Positions 45,301-60,300 of a stretch of 64,000 nucleotides of DNA are shown here, in pieces. The notes below the pieces were generated by a model. That model had not been told where the DNA came from and did not search any database. It was given only the letters and a program-made list of their open reading frames with translations. The stretch comes from Bugula neritina (Eukaryota > Animalia > Bryozoa). The stretch is taken from positions 17,447,081-17,511,080 of the forward strand of contig OZ037766.1 of NCBI GenBank assembly GCA_964035545.1, read 5' to 3'. Numbering within the stretch: position 1 is the first letter of the stretch; the number at the start of each line of letters is the position of its first letter. Position numbers and translations under genes: made by a program.

Positions 45301-48300
45301 TTTTACACTGCTATTCACCGGCTTAAAATCTCTTCCTTTGACTTTGTGGCTAAATCACTTCAATCGGCCATTAAACCAAATGTTCCTAAAATATCATTTG
45401 CTAAACTTCTCATAAGTGCCAAAAGTGTCAAAGATTTGCATACAGTTCTAGAGAAAGAAATTGGTCCCATTCCTCTTGCTCTATTTACTGAAAACGGACA
45501 GATGAGAAAAACATGCAAATTGCAACTAATGCATATTTTGGAACAGAAATATCTTGGAAACAGGGTCTCCAATGATGATAGTCAACTGTCCACCAACAAA
45601 TCGATCATTATTGATGGTATGTGCATACTTCACTCGACAAAAACATCAGGCACTTTTTACAGCTATGCTCTGAAGATGTTGGAAATATTTCTTGAATGTG
45701 GCAAAGGATATACAAGGGTTGATGTAGTGTTTGACGTGTATTCTGAAACATCAATTACAGCACAAGAGCGTATTAGACGGGGTGCCCAATAGATGTGCTC
45801 TATTTCCATTATTCATAACAACCTGCCTGTTCCCAAAAACTGGAGTGCTTTTCTGAGCAATATTCACAACAAAAATGAGTTGGTAGATTACATAGTGAAG
45901 GTGCATGGAGTAGACATATTGAGAAAATTCCAGCTGGTACATTTTTAGTGTGTAGCGCCAAAGAAGTCTGTGTTCTGCAAAACCATTATCGTTAAAATTG
46001 TAACAAATTGAAATCCAATCATGATGAAGCAGACACGAGATTAATCCTTCATGCAGCTGATGCACTGAGTGATTACGATTTGGTAGTAATAAGATCAGTA
46101 GATACCGATGTTGCTATTATTGCGCTTAACATCATCTTAGTAATGTTTTAACTGAGCAGGCTAATAAAGATGTAGTAATCTTCGTTGGAATGGGGAGTCA
46201 CAAAAGATATATATCTCTTTTTGAATCAGCCAAAAAAATCTACAAAAATTTCTCAAGAATCTATTATCACTCCATGCATTTACAGGTTGTGACTCAGTAA
46301 GTTCTATCTTCCGAATATCTAAAAAGCGTGCTTTGGAGGTACTTGAAAAGGAAAGCTATAATCTGTCTTTAGGTTCTGATGATTGGTCCCCAGTATCAGA
46401 AGAAACATACTTAGAGTGTGAATGATTTGTCTCCAACCTATATGGTGCCTATGATGATATCACTGAAGCAAGATATAAAATATTGGCTTTAAAAAATGTC
46501 TCCAGTGAAGCACAGCTACCACCTAGTAGGAATTCCCTAGAATATCACGTGAAACGAGCCAATTATCAAGTTACACTTTGGCAACTTGCTTTTACACCTA
46601 TTTTACTTCATCAGCCAATTTTTGACCATGGTTGGGATACTAACTTGACTCCAATAAAATATGATTTTGAGAGCAACGCAGATGTGATTGTAACAGCATG
46701 TAAATGCAAAAAAGCAGGCTGTAAGAGTAAAGCATGCAAATGCAAGCGCCTGATGATGAAATGCTGTGGTTTATGTGAATGTTTCGATTGCAACAACAAA
46801 AGTGGCCAGTCTTCTTTTTCAAACAAAGAGCCTGATTATGATGATGATGGCAACAAACACAGTTCCGATGAAGAATTATAATATATTTAATTTGGTATAT
46901 AAACGCTAGAGATAACAAAACTTTGTAATAAAGCTTGATCTATTGTAAATTAAAATTTTAAATACTATCTTATTTATAAATAAATACAATTACAAATGTC
47001 TACCAATATCTGATATAAAAGAGCATAGTAATTGCTTGTGATGCTGAAATCATAATATTACTTTTTTATGAACCATATTTTATGTTACTATACTTATGAA
47101 TAAAAAAATCAAATATTAGTGGTCTGTTAATTATTGCTGACACTCAATTTATACAGTAAATATTGAATATTAATACTTAATAGTATTGATCGTAATCAAT
47201 TATTCAAAATAAGTCAATAAGCTAATATAAATACACTAAGAATACATTTTTATCATGCTGATGTTGTTCCTATCAACAAAGAGCAATATTATTGGGTAGA
47301 AATGCAATAATTTATAACGGAGGAGACAACTCCCATTTTATGTTTTTTATTTGTCATGGTTGGGAAAGATGTTATATAGTTCAGAATGTAATAAAAATTG
47401 GGGAGCATTATTAGAACACAATAGAGTATTTCATACCAAAAATCAACATTCTAAATGCTAGAACAGAAAAGTAGCAGTTTAGAGAATATCCGGTATATGC
47501 AAAAAAGTAGTTTGTCATATTATAGGCTCCGCCCACTTTTTTATTTTTGGTCAAAACTTCTGTTAGAGAAAGTTACATATGTGTACAACATTCCTTGAAA
47601 ATATTTTTAATGTCAAACCTAAACTACTCAGAAAATTAAATATTTAGAGTTCCATAGTCCCCCCTTGAAAAATGCTGAACCCCTGTATATCCACCCCTCT
47701 CACGAGAGAACCCCCCCCCAGATACAAAAAAGGTACTCGCAGATCTGAGATCAGTAGAATGTTGGCTTTGCAGTGATATATAGCAACAAAGGTTAGTATT
47801 GATGTGCTCCACCCGCCCATTTTTGCATGTTGGCACCCCCACTATTGGTAAAGTTTTACAAAAATACCAAGTTATAGTTTTGCTTTTATGACCTGAATTT
47901 TAATTCAAAACTGGCCACACTGTCAGTAAATGATTATGAGTTTACTATTATTGCTAAATTGACTGCTACGTTGACTCAGTAACTTGGTTGGTCGAAGGGA
48001 ACCATTTTCGTGCCGACTTTAGCTCTACAGCTTGTGTAATATTGTTTAACTTCTGCATATTTGACGTGGCTGTTGCGATCCCTAGCTTGCATTATGGCTA
48101 TCCTGGTGATATGGTGGCAATTAAAGCAGTATTCATTGTTTTATTTTATTATTTTTAATAAAGGTTACTAGCACTGTAATACTTATCAAAAGCTGAAGTT
48201 GAAAGCTCCGTTGAAGTTATTTTGTTACCAGCTAAACCAACTCTATGATACGTTGTTTTAGGGAATTGAAGTACAGTATTTCTTTCACTCCAGACACATT

Positions 48301-51300
48301 GAGCTACCTTACCAGCTACCTATCTGTGAGTTTTTACAACATTATCAAATATTGTTAGAATAAATACAGTGTTATTACATATATTTCCCCTATTTCACTC
48401 TCCGACTAGCATTCTTAAAATGCTTGCTGTAACACTAAATATGCATTATAATGATGCAAGTGACATATTTATCCTATAAGTACCACACTATCCTGTACTT
48501 CTTAGCTGCTTGTTTGCTATATGATAAAGTTATGTACCGTAAAATCGGGTAACATTGGCCGTTTTGAGACATATTTTGGGTGTCATATGAAAGGATTACA
48601 ATATTCTTCAAAATTTTTGGATGCTAAATGAAGCTTATCAACATATGCACTAAATGAAAGAACCATTTGCAGTTTGGGACTGCTAGATCTCCTGTGGCAT
48701 TAAAAAAAGTAGGTGGCCAAAGTTACCCTATTTTCGGGGTAACTTTGGCCGGTGTCGTTATTCTCCATGTAGCTAAAGTTAGCAGCACTTGGAGCTTTTT
48801 TAGCCAGTTAGAAATTAAAGAACAACATTATTCAACTTCATTACTACAAAAAAAAATTATTTTAGACAAAATGCAAGCTATAATAGTGTAATTATTGCAT
48901 TGAAACCACAGTTATTCGAGATACATTGTTATTAAGTGTAAAAACTTTTGTATATGTATAAAAAATCATGTGATTTGCTGGCAACATTGAATAAATCACT
49001 GTACAAGTTCAAATTTCATTGAATTTAATCTTAAATTCAAGTATGCCCTTTCAAACTATAGGCTGTAGCAGTTGTCTGTAGATTTTTTAAATAATGCGTA
49101 ATGTCTTCAGAATTAACTGTTGCCCATTCCGGTGCTATGTTTTGGCACAACCTGTGAGACAAGCTATCTTTATGTCTTGACATAAAACTGAGACTCCAGT
49201 GATCTTGAGGGTAGTTGCTTTTGAAATGTTGTACTCTTCTCTCACATTTGTCAAAATAGGTCTTGACTATTATTCGAAAGTCTGTTTTATCCAATGGAAA
49301 GCCCCATTGAGCCAGCTTTGTAGTAGGTATGGTCAACAATGGCTACCTCCTCTACTTGTGATAACACAGTTTGGCGTCCAGGCTTCAGCTTGTGTCTTCA
49401 TGCGGCTCTGTTTTGTAGTGTTCCTTTGGTAATATCATATTTCTAGCCACTTCTTGTCAAGACTTTCCAGCTGCCAATTCTTGTGAATAAAGCAAAACCA
49501 ATGATCTCCTCAGATATACCATATCTTGGAGATATTACTTTTCTTTAATATTTTCTGAGTATAATTGTCTTGAAAAATACATTTTACAATGCATGGTCAA
49601 ATTCTTATATAAAAAAAAACATTAAACACAAAATTGCTGTCTGGGAACAAAAATGCATAATTCCCCATGTAATTATTTCATATTTCGGACTCTTAAGTTG
49701 TTTCAAATATATAACTAAAGCATTGGGTATAGGTGAATCAAATGATTGTGCCTTTAGAGAGTAATGTACTATGTGTCTGAAGTAACAGAAAATTCGCAGC
49801 GCTGCCAGAAACCTACTTTGGAGTACCATTTAGTCATGGCCAAAGTTACCCCAAATTCGTCAAAAATTGTACACAGTGAATTCAAGACACATATTTTAAT
49901 TTTGGATTTCAATTTATTTACCTAAATTACAAATATCCTGGTTAAATACTTACCAAAGTTCTTTAATACAAAAAAGAAAATGAGTCCAGCTTTTCTAATG
50001 CCTTCAAATAGATTAAAGTTGGACAGCGCTGAAAATCTTGTTGTCAAACAGGAAATTGAAAATGGCTGACAGCAAGAAGCAGCAAATAAGTATATCAATT
50101 ATTTTTCAGGAATAGGATGCACCAATCTGCAGTCAGTGCATATATACAATTAAAATATCTTTAGACTTCATAGATATAGCACCAGCTACATTTTAAACAT
50201 TTTTTCCAAAGTGGCCAAAGTTACCCCAAGTGGCTAAAGTTACCCCATTTTACGGTACTATGTTGGCCACAGCTCTTCTTTCACTCTAATTTATTTTGTA
50301 CATTTATTTTTTTGTAGCGTGGGTCGAATTCTATGATATTACAAGTGTTCAATGCAAATATTGCCGTTGAAAGTGAGTGGTGCATTCAGTCATTAGTATA
50401 AATTTTAGCTCTAGTTATTGTCTGATAAGAAGCCCATAGCCAATGTACTAAGATCTATATCTTTAATATTTATTTTTGATATTGTTTAACCAGCATGCAG
50501 CTATAAAACTAGTGAGCAAATGATTTAGATTGAAATACAAGTATTACTCATGCATGAAATGACGAGTTCTTAGCTCAGAATTGTGCTGTTGCCTCAAATA
50601 GGTCTTCCACTTTTATCATGCCCTTATGTAGTTCTGCTTTTTAGCTCTTTCCTTGTCTTTTATAGTTACTACTGACAGCTCTCTAGAGCCTATTTACTCT
50701 AAAATGGACAAAGACAACTCCTCTGAAAGCAGTAGTGAAGCTATGGAGAAGCTTAAATCAGCTATAGAAGCTATGCAAGGTGTTGCCCCACCTCAACCTA
50801 GTATACGGCTTCATACCATCAGCTCTCAGTACCCAGGGTCAGTTGCAGTGTTGGAAATATCTGCTTTCCATTTGTTTTAGATGAATATTTAGCACCAGAC
50901 AGACTTGAGTATGAAATATATTTCAGTTTGTTTTTTGTTGTACATTAGGCTATTGTTGAAGTTTTTTGGATACTCCATTGTTTGCTATTTTATTTTGAGT
51001 TGTCATAGGTTCATGAAATTTTAAGGTGTAATAACTGCATGTATGATGCATCTTTCTGAATGAATTGATATGATTTAGGATTTGGTCTGAAAATTTGGCA
51101 GTTCTTGTGACACTGACTGGAGTGTCAAAATATGCTATTATCTTTTCCATAGCACAAAGTTGTGTCATCTACTTGAAACCTCACTTTGTATATTTTAGCT
51201 TGGTTTGTGGTCACGTGACTCCTAGATATTTGGTGCTGGGGTGTCAAGATTCTTCTCTACGCATGTTTAGCCGGACAGGAGGACAGGGTAAACGAAAGTC

Positions 51301-54300
51301 AAGTTTAGAATGTAAAGTTGAGGAGGGAGAATCCTCTTACCAGTTTAACATCTCTACAGTACCACTACAGGGCGACTTTCTGGAAGACATGGAGGATTGT
51401 GCTAAACTTAATCAGTTAGATATATATATTCTTTGTTTGAGTTTTAACTGTTGGCATAGATATTTTTGTTAGTATAAATTTTGGGTTACATAGTTGCAGT
51501 TGGAAATTGTTGGTTTAAATGCTAAAATTCACAATATAGTCGGTTCAATCTGAGTTGATATACTTAATATGTAGGCATCAAGTGTATCATTATTTTATTT
51601 AAATTTGTCTTAAATTTTGTTAGAAAGATCATGAAATAGCACTGGTTTGTATATTCACTGATGTTTGTTACTGCTATTCTTTTAGCACGCATAACACTGC
51701 ACAATGTGATACCCTGAGAGGCCATAGCTCCACTGTATATAGTATAGCCAATTTTGATGATTCTGATTACTTCATAACTGGGTCGGCAGATAAAACCAGT
51801 ATGTACAACTTTTCTCTTCTCCCATATTTTCAAATTATCTTATACATCTGAATTATTTGTTTGCTGTTTTGGGTTAGAGAAGAACATTTTGCTTGTCCTA
51901 TAGTAAGTTGTTTGTTTTCATCAGTAATTATTAAAGATTTGTTAATGGAGAATTATAAATTAATTTTTCTTACCTTGCTCTATTGGGTTTAGTTATTGCA
52001 TTTTACAATTTATTGAGCATCGTTTTATGACAATGATTTCTAATTCCATTGCTACCATATAAATGTCCTCCTGCTATCATGGCCGAAAGAGGAATATTGC
52101 TTCAATGTGCTTTCTCACATGCTTCACTAACTATTGCCATTTAAAGATCTAATCAATTTAATTAAAATTATCGCTAATGAAGACCAATTAAGTCTGGTCA
52201 AGATATCTCCACAACAAATTGAAATATTTTGAGTTGCATCAATATTCAACAACCACTTCATATACACTTGCTTTCCATGGATCGATCTCAGCGAGATCGA
52301 TCCATAGAAATCCGGCGATAATCTCACAACCACCTATGGTGTATAGAGTTTATATAATGTTCAGAATTGTATTATTTTGTCTGGGGAAAGGATAAGATTA
52401 AATACAAGCAAAATTAATGGATATGAAAATTTGTGGGATAGTTTTTACATGGAAAATGTAACTCCTTTTTGATAAATAGGACATACAGAATGTTAATAAT
52501 ACTCAGTGGAGGTAGTGTTGCTTGATGTGCCTCCTTTCTTTGTTAAGTTGTCATTCCTAAAGGAGAACTCAAATATGAAACACAATTTTATAAATGGGGT
52601 ATACCTGCAAGTTCTTTGGGCAAGAAGATAACTTTCATGTATTTTTGAGAGTTTGTAAGCCACTATCCTATTGTTTATAAAGTTCAACAATTGACCTGTG
52701 TTTCTAGCAACATTTGGGGTTTTTACTTTACACTGTATTAGTCATCTGTATTAGTCACCTATGTTGGCCATCTGTATTAGTCATACATATTAGTCATCTG
52801 TAATAGCCATTGAAAAAACTATTTGTGATACAAATTTAGATTAAAGTTATGGCAAGTTACAACATTTCAAGTTGTTATGTGATGATGAATATGGCTTGCT
52901 AAGCTTACTGATACTTCTTTTTGAGCATGTAGTAGTTTCAAGAGCTTGAAGAAGTCTCATTTCTTAATGTATATAATTATTTAAACTATTAGTTGTAGTT
53001 GTAATTAATGATTCAACAATTTTATACCTCATCAAGTTATTGCTGATTCCCGATGGTTTCATCAGTGAGTTTTGTCTCCTCTTTGCTCATCCAAGGTGCT
53101 GCATGCAAGTGCTCTGTTACCCAACAAAGTCATTATACAGCAGACAAATTCTATTTTCTTGTCTCTATTTAGTGACTGAATTTTTTGTAGTTCGTTTGTG
53201 GGACAGTGAGAAGTTAGTAAACAAAGTTATATATCGAGGCCACACGTTGACGGTTTGGTCTCTAGCAACAGCGTGAGTACAGTCAGTACAGTTGTATTTC
53301 TACGAGATTTGTGCTAAGCATGCGCACTAGTTGAAGTAAATGATAAATTTGTTAAATGATAACATACACTCTACTGACTGCTGACTTATTCACTAACACT
53401 TGGCCAATTATCTATTATATAATTAAAAATATTATGCTAGCTGTGACATCAGATGTCAGTTTTTCAAGTGGATCTGTCAAATAAATTGATTATTGCTGAG
53501 TAATTCTCCTTGGATGTTATACTAGTGATGTGAGTCACCAGTCTTGTTCTGAAGATGTTTTCTGTTTGTGCTCCTGAAACCTTTTAACTGATAGAAGCTA
53601 CACTTGTTTGCACATATAAGTTGATTGTGTGGTGGTTTTTAACTAACCATTACATATTAAATTGTATAACTGAAATTTACAAAAAAAGCAAGAAATGCTA
53701 TTCATGGCTCTAAAAATGGACATAGCATGTTGGCAGCATGTTACCTAGCAATATCTGAAGCTAAATCAATTGATCTGTAAACTTAGCAATAAAAGTTATC
53801 TTACTTTAACTGTGTCAAATAACTAGGAATTTCACTTGAAAACTTGATTTAAATTTATCTTATTCTCACCAATTGACTTCAACCATCAATGAACTCTCTG
53901 TTTTGCAGCCTGCATAACAATCTTGAAATAATGAAGGTAACAGTTTTAATAGCTTACTAATCCTGACTACAAAAATGCACGTAAACAACAGAGTCGATGT
54001 GCACAATGAGTAGCAGTGACTTGAAAAAAAGTTAAAATGTAGTTAAATTGAAATTGATGCAACTGAATCATTTCACCTAAAGTTGACACTACCAACTTCT
54101 GTTTTATTTTATATTTGTTCCAGATATAACGTCTTAGCTATAGTTCTTTCATAAAGAAACTACTATAAAACAGGTCATTTTAATTTTTTATTTAGCAACA
54201 ATAGAAAATATAAGTAGAAAAAGTAATGAAAGAATAGGAAAAAATAAATAATCAGTTTGAGTTTGATATAAAAACACTGCATTGCATTTTCACGTGTCAT

Positions 54301-57300
54301 TTTCATTTCCTTTTCACAGTCCAACTGTTAAACATAAATCTACTGAATTTTTAGCTTTTTTTAGATTTGTCATAATTTAAATGTTTCATATTTGGTTATA
54401 ATTATTTTATTAACGCAAAATTTTTACTTAGTTATCGTTAAATCTAACTAGTAACAACTTTACTAGTAAAAGCACTGTTACTACGCAACTATGCACTACT
54501 ATTGCAGCTGGCGCGACAAAGAGGTGCTGGGATGTTTGTTAGTTGGGCATTCGTCAGACCCAACGAACAAAAAAACGTCGTGTGAATAAGCTATAAAGGC
54601 TTGCATTAGTTAATGGACTTGTAGTTCTAAACTCTTTTGTTGAAGGGGGACAAATCTGAAAGGATATGTCACATTTTGTGTGTGTCATTAAAGTTTATGT
54701 AACCTTGTTATTCTGAAACATTTTAGTCACAGCAGTAGTTACTTTGTCAGCTGCTCAAAAGATCGATCTGCCAAACTATGGACTACTGAATGTACATATC
54801 CACTTAGAAGTTATATAGGCCACACTATGTCTGTAGATGTAAGTGTCACTTTACTAAAATAGTATAGAAATTAATGTAAATACTCTTTAGTAACGTATTG
54901 CACACTGTGTATGTGTAAGCATTTCTATTGATTATGTAAAGATCACAGTTGTATGCTTCATGCTTTTGGGATTTTTAGTGGATTATGGGTTAATGGGATT
55001 TGTAATAAAATTTGTCACCCAATTAAAATAGTTGAGTCCAGCATGCAGATGCTATATGACTTGCATAATTTTGCAAAATATCTTCTAAACTACAATTTGT
55101 ATACAATATCCATGGATAGTCATCTTGAACATTGAAAAGTTGAAAACTTTTAAAAATAAAGTTAATATTTTGGTTATATAGTAAACCCCATGAATACTCT
55201 TTGAAAATTCAGCTGTAAACTCCTGACAAAATATAGTACACTATCAATGAGGCAAGTTATTTACTGGTTGCATTTCTCTACATGATTCAAATAATATAGT
55301 GAAGTAGAGTGTGGCAGAGTGTGTATAAATAGTACTGCTTATTTGAATCTTCTGTTACTAGTGTGTCAAGTTTCACCCCAACAACAGTTACATTGCCACA
55401 GCATCTCAAGACCGAACTATAAGGTTGTGGAGTGTGCAGGAGGGCAAGTGTGTAAGGCTGATGCAAGGTCACAGAGGCAGCATTTTTTCTATAGCATTCT
55501 CTCCTACTGGATTGTTACTTGCATCTGCAGGTTAGTGGCAATAAACAGCTCGAGTAAATTCTGCTATATAGTCTTATATTGATAGGTGAATGTCTAGAAA
55601 GTTTAGGTTTAACTTGCCGGACATTCACCCATTAGTGACTGGTTAGATGGCATTCAGTTTTGTCAAATGCATTTCAGTTAATTAATCAATTTCAAACTGT
55701 ATAAATACACACTTTAATAATTCTAACTACAGCTAGTTAGATAATTATATGAATCTTTAGGATAAAGGGCAATGAAGTGCATGCATGATATCATATTTGG
55801 TTTATAGGAGTTATGTTCCTTCTTATCAGTTTTGTTGGGTCTGGCAAATGTAGCTAGACAGTGTTTACTGTGGGTTTCTAGAGTGGAGAGTGTGTAACAG
55901 TGTCATTTTAATTGATTTTCAGAATGCACAGTTAGTCACTGGAGAAGCCATAGATTTTAATAGGCTTACTAAATTGAGTAGGTTTTAGAATTTGATATAT
56001 ATTGCCAACTAGCCCTGTTATAGCACTTTGAAACAGAGTAGTTATGCTCTGCAAACTACAATATCACTGTTTTGTAGTATAACAAACTTTATGAAATAAA
56101 ATACCTTTTATTGGAGTACAAATTAAAATTTGGGTGGCTTAGTGGAATTATGTTTGAATGATGTACACCCTATTGAGTAGTATTTTTATTCAATTTCATT
56201 TTGAGTAACCTGAATACTACAGCATCATAGGAATTTCTATGGTAGTAAAACTGTAAATGTAAACCCAGTGTCAAATACATTTAACTGAAATCACTAAATA
56301 ACATGCACATGTTCATAGGAGAAGACAGGAAAATTAGGCTCTGGGATTTGGCATCTGGAGACCTGATAAAAGAGATGAGAGGTCACACAGACACTGTCAA
56401 ATGTCTGGAGTTTAACCAAGATGGTTCTCTACTTTGTTCAGGTAGTGATAGTATAGTTACACCCACCTAGTGTAGTCACACCCACCTAGTGTAGTCACAC
56501 CTACCTAGTATAGTCACACTCACATAGTATAGTCATACTCACCTTGTATAGTCACACCCGCCTAGTGTAGTCACACTTACTCAGTGTAGTCACACTCACT
56601 TAGTGTAGTCACACTCACCTTGTATAGTCACACTCGCCTAGTGTAGTCACACTCAGTGTAGTCACACTCACTTAGTGTAGTCACTAGTATTTGTCTAGTT
56701 GTTAGTATTGTCAGTATTTCGTCAAACGGACCGAAATACTGTTTAGTACAAACCAAACATGGCGCTCTGATAGTCTCTGAAATCCTATAAACTGCATAAG
56801 TAGCTAAATTGTAAGTTAAAAGCATTTCCCCAATTTCTTATATAAATAATTGTATATTAGAAAGTTATTGCAGTTGCAAACACTTGGTTTAGTTGCCAGT
56901 GTGTTTTATGTGATGATAATTATTATATTTCTGAGGAAGTTGATGTCATCAGAATATACAGAACCTCAAAGCTTGTTGAAATATTTATTAAATAGGTTAT
57001 TATATGTAAAATGTTTATTTATATTTATGTATTTACCCATATGTTTATTTGTCTATGTCTTACTCTCCTTATGTTGTTGCTGCATTCTCAAGTCCAATTT
57101 CCCTAAGTTCATGTTTAGACTAATGGTCAAAACATTTATTCATCCTGAAATTGAATGTATTGAATATTACAGAACATTATGAGTGGTTAGCCACCAGTTA
57201 ATCATATTAGTCATAATATTATTTTTACTTTTTCATCTATTGATCTAGTTTATTTTCTTTTGTTGTTGCTGCATTCTCCAGCCCAGTTTTCCAAATTAAT

Positions 57301-60300
57301 GTTAGGGCTAATTGTTCAAACAATCCTTACTAATCAAAAAGTGTATTCACTCAAAACAATGTAAATAGTTGGCAATAAGCTAGTCAATTGTTTAACATAT
57401 TATTTCTTAACATTTTCTCTACCAAAGGGAACTTTGGCTAAGTCAATACCTTGTAGAAAAAAAAAAAGGGGACGGAGCAATATTCCGAAGGCCCATTAGT
57501 CCGAAGGTCCATCAGTCCGAAGGTCCATCAGTCCGAAGGTCCATCAGTCCGAAGGTCCATTAGTCCGAAAATTAGTAGACACGTGATAGTAAAGAGCATC
57601 CTCACTGAGAATATCATTGATTTCACTCACAATCTAGTTTAAGTTCTTGCTCTGTTAATGCTGTATATGTGGGTGGCATGCGTGTTGCCTACTTGCGATT
57701 GTTTAGCCTGAGATTACACTATGACCAGAAAACAGCTGCCACAATTAGGGCTGCATCATCTATCAACATTCCATTATGGCTGCTTTATAAACTAAGTACA
57801 CAGCAAGCTATTCACTAGCCTGTCAGCTAGCAAGCCTGTAATTAATATTGTACGCATCAGTATCTTTTCACCTCTAAGTGTTCACTGAAGCATGAAGTGC
57901 TGCGCAATGATGATAACTTAGGAAAAAAAATCCTATTTGCAGTGTATAAATCACCTATATTTTATAGAAAATCTATAAAGGCTATTGAAAATTTCAAAAA
58001 AGTTGCTTTGAGGAACAGAAAGATCTACAACATGGTTTTTAAATTTCGATTCTATAGCACAATTAGGTGAGGTTTTATTTGGCTGGACTGAATTCTTATA
58101 TACCAATAGTGTGGCCCCAGCCAGGCAGTTACAGCTAGAAGGTTGCCCTTATCTACATATCTTGTGGATTTGTTTGGTTTGGTATATTATGGTGTGCAGC
58201 TTTGGTTATTTGATTTTAAAGTAGTGTCCAGGATGTTTATAATTTTTAGTCTTCAATGCATATTTACAGATATCCCTAACTGAAGATATTTTTAATTACA
58301 AAGAGATATTTTTAATTGAAATAGATATATGCATAATTTAATTAATATAATAATGCAGTTTAGCCGCTTACAGATAATTAAAGAGATTCAATGTGATACC
58401 AAATAAATAACTACCAAGCCAGAGATTTACTATTGCATTCAATAGCAAAATTCTAAAACAAACCATTATTTTTTTGACGCTAACTTCAAATGCAACCTTT
58501 TTGTATAAGTTATGAGGTGCCCGGTAATTTTTTACCAAGCTTATGATAAATACAGTACAGTAGACACAAAAGGTTTGCTTGGCTTTAATTTTACCGGTTT
58601 CATGTTTTTACTTTAGTTTATCAGTTTATAAATAGTCAACATTAAGGGCCTATATAAGCTGAATGACTGTAGCTAGAATAGAATTGCAGTCCCCTGTCAT
58701 TTTTACACTAGCTGTAAAATAAGTAATACTAATTAAATGCTAGTAATTTTTCTCCTAAGTTATCATCATTGCGCAGCACTTCATGCTTCAGTGAACACTT
58801 AGAGGTGAAAAGATACTGATGCGTACAATATTAATTACAGGCTTGCTAGCTGACAGGCTAGTGAATAGCTTGCTGTGTACTTTGTTTATAAAGCAGCCAT
58901 GATGGAATGTTAATAGATGATGCAGCCCTAATTGTGGCAGCTGTTTTCTGGTCATAGTGTAATCTCAGGCTAAACAATCGCAAGTAGGCAACACGCATGC
59001 CACCCACATACATCATTAACAGAGCAAGAACTTAAACTAGATTGTGAGTGAAATCAATGATATTCTCAGTGAGGATGCTCTTTACTATCACGTGTCTACT
59101 AATTTTCGGACTAATGGACCTTCGGACTAATGGGCCTTCGGACTAATGGGCCTTCGGACTAATGGGCCTTCGGAATATTGACTAGTCACCGTAGAAAAAT
59201 ACCTTTGTTATCGAAGAAATACCTGTGTGATAGAGAAATACCTGTGTGATAGAGAAATACCTGTGTGATAGAGAAATACCTGTGTTATAGAGAATTACCT
59301 GTGTTATAGAGAAATACCTGTGTTATAGAGAAATACCTTGTTATACAAAAAAATCTCTTGAAATTAGTCAAGAGGAATTTCTCTGTTGGAAGATGATGAC
59401 TCACTTAGGAGTGTCTCCTTTAAAAATCAGTAACATGTGAATTACTAATGTATGTTGTAGGATCTCAAGATAATACTATACTAACATGGGACACCAGGAC
59501 TGCACACAGTTCACACAGGTATATCAGCATGTTGATATATTACAGCTTTACTGCTGTTTGAGCTGCTTAGAAAACATGAATATACAAGGTTATGATGGTC
59601 TCGACTGTTTTCACCATAGCAAGGTTTACTGTTTGTCTGCTTACACATGTACACCATATACAAATTCGTAATTGAGGTGTTATTGCTGGTGACAGTCTCA
59701 AACAGATAAGTTTAGTTTTATTAGTTGATGCATCTGCTAATGAGTCTGTTTAGAGACACTTGATAGCTAGACTGAAATTCTTACAGTTTTTGAGGAAGCA
59801 GCAGAGATAAAATTACTTGATAGCTCCGCCCTTTGCAACAGTTTTGATATATTGAAGCATTTGTGCAAAAATTAAAAAAGTGGATTATAAAATTAAAATG
59901 TTTTAACCATCGTCATAGTTCTTGTTAATGAAGTAAATGAGCACTGCTTTTACTCCATATTACTTGTTAACTCTGTCACTCCCATGAGTTGTGATATAGT
60001 GCACCAAGAAAATATGCTGATCGTTATGTTGCATGAAGGCTTAGCCACTCTCTATTGTTGAACCACCTGTAGGCCAGTGAATCATACAGCAGCATACATA
60101 TATTATGTAGTAACAAAGTATCATGGTGTTAATCACCCCAGAAATTATCTGCCCAAAGCTGAGTTTATGCTGAAGAATACTTTTATAATAGAATTCCAAT
60201 TATTTATTACACAGTTTAGTGGTCTTGTTCAGCTCTGCTACACTCACTAGAAGACATACACTGGATTTCTTTTATACTTTTACTATTTTTTCAAGTTACT

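Noticed and set aside
53520-53580. SCSED peptide resembling a WD40 exon
   Set aside because: No usable splice sites, and the corresponding repeat is already supplied by exon 51686-51798.
57070-57325. About 60-bp imperfect direct duplication (TGTTGTTGCTGCATTCTC...)
   Set aside because: Old local duplication with no termini or coding signal.
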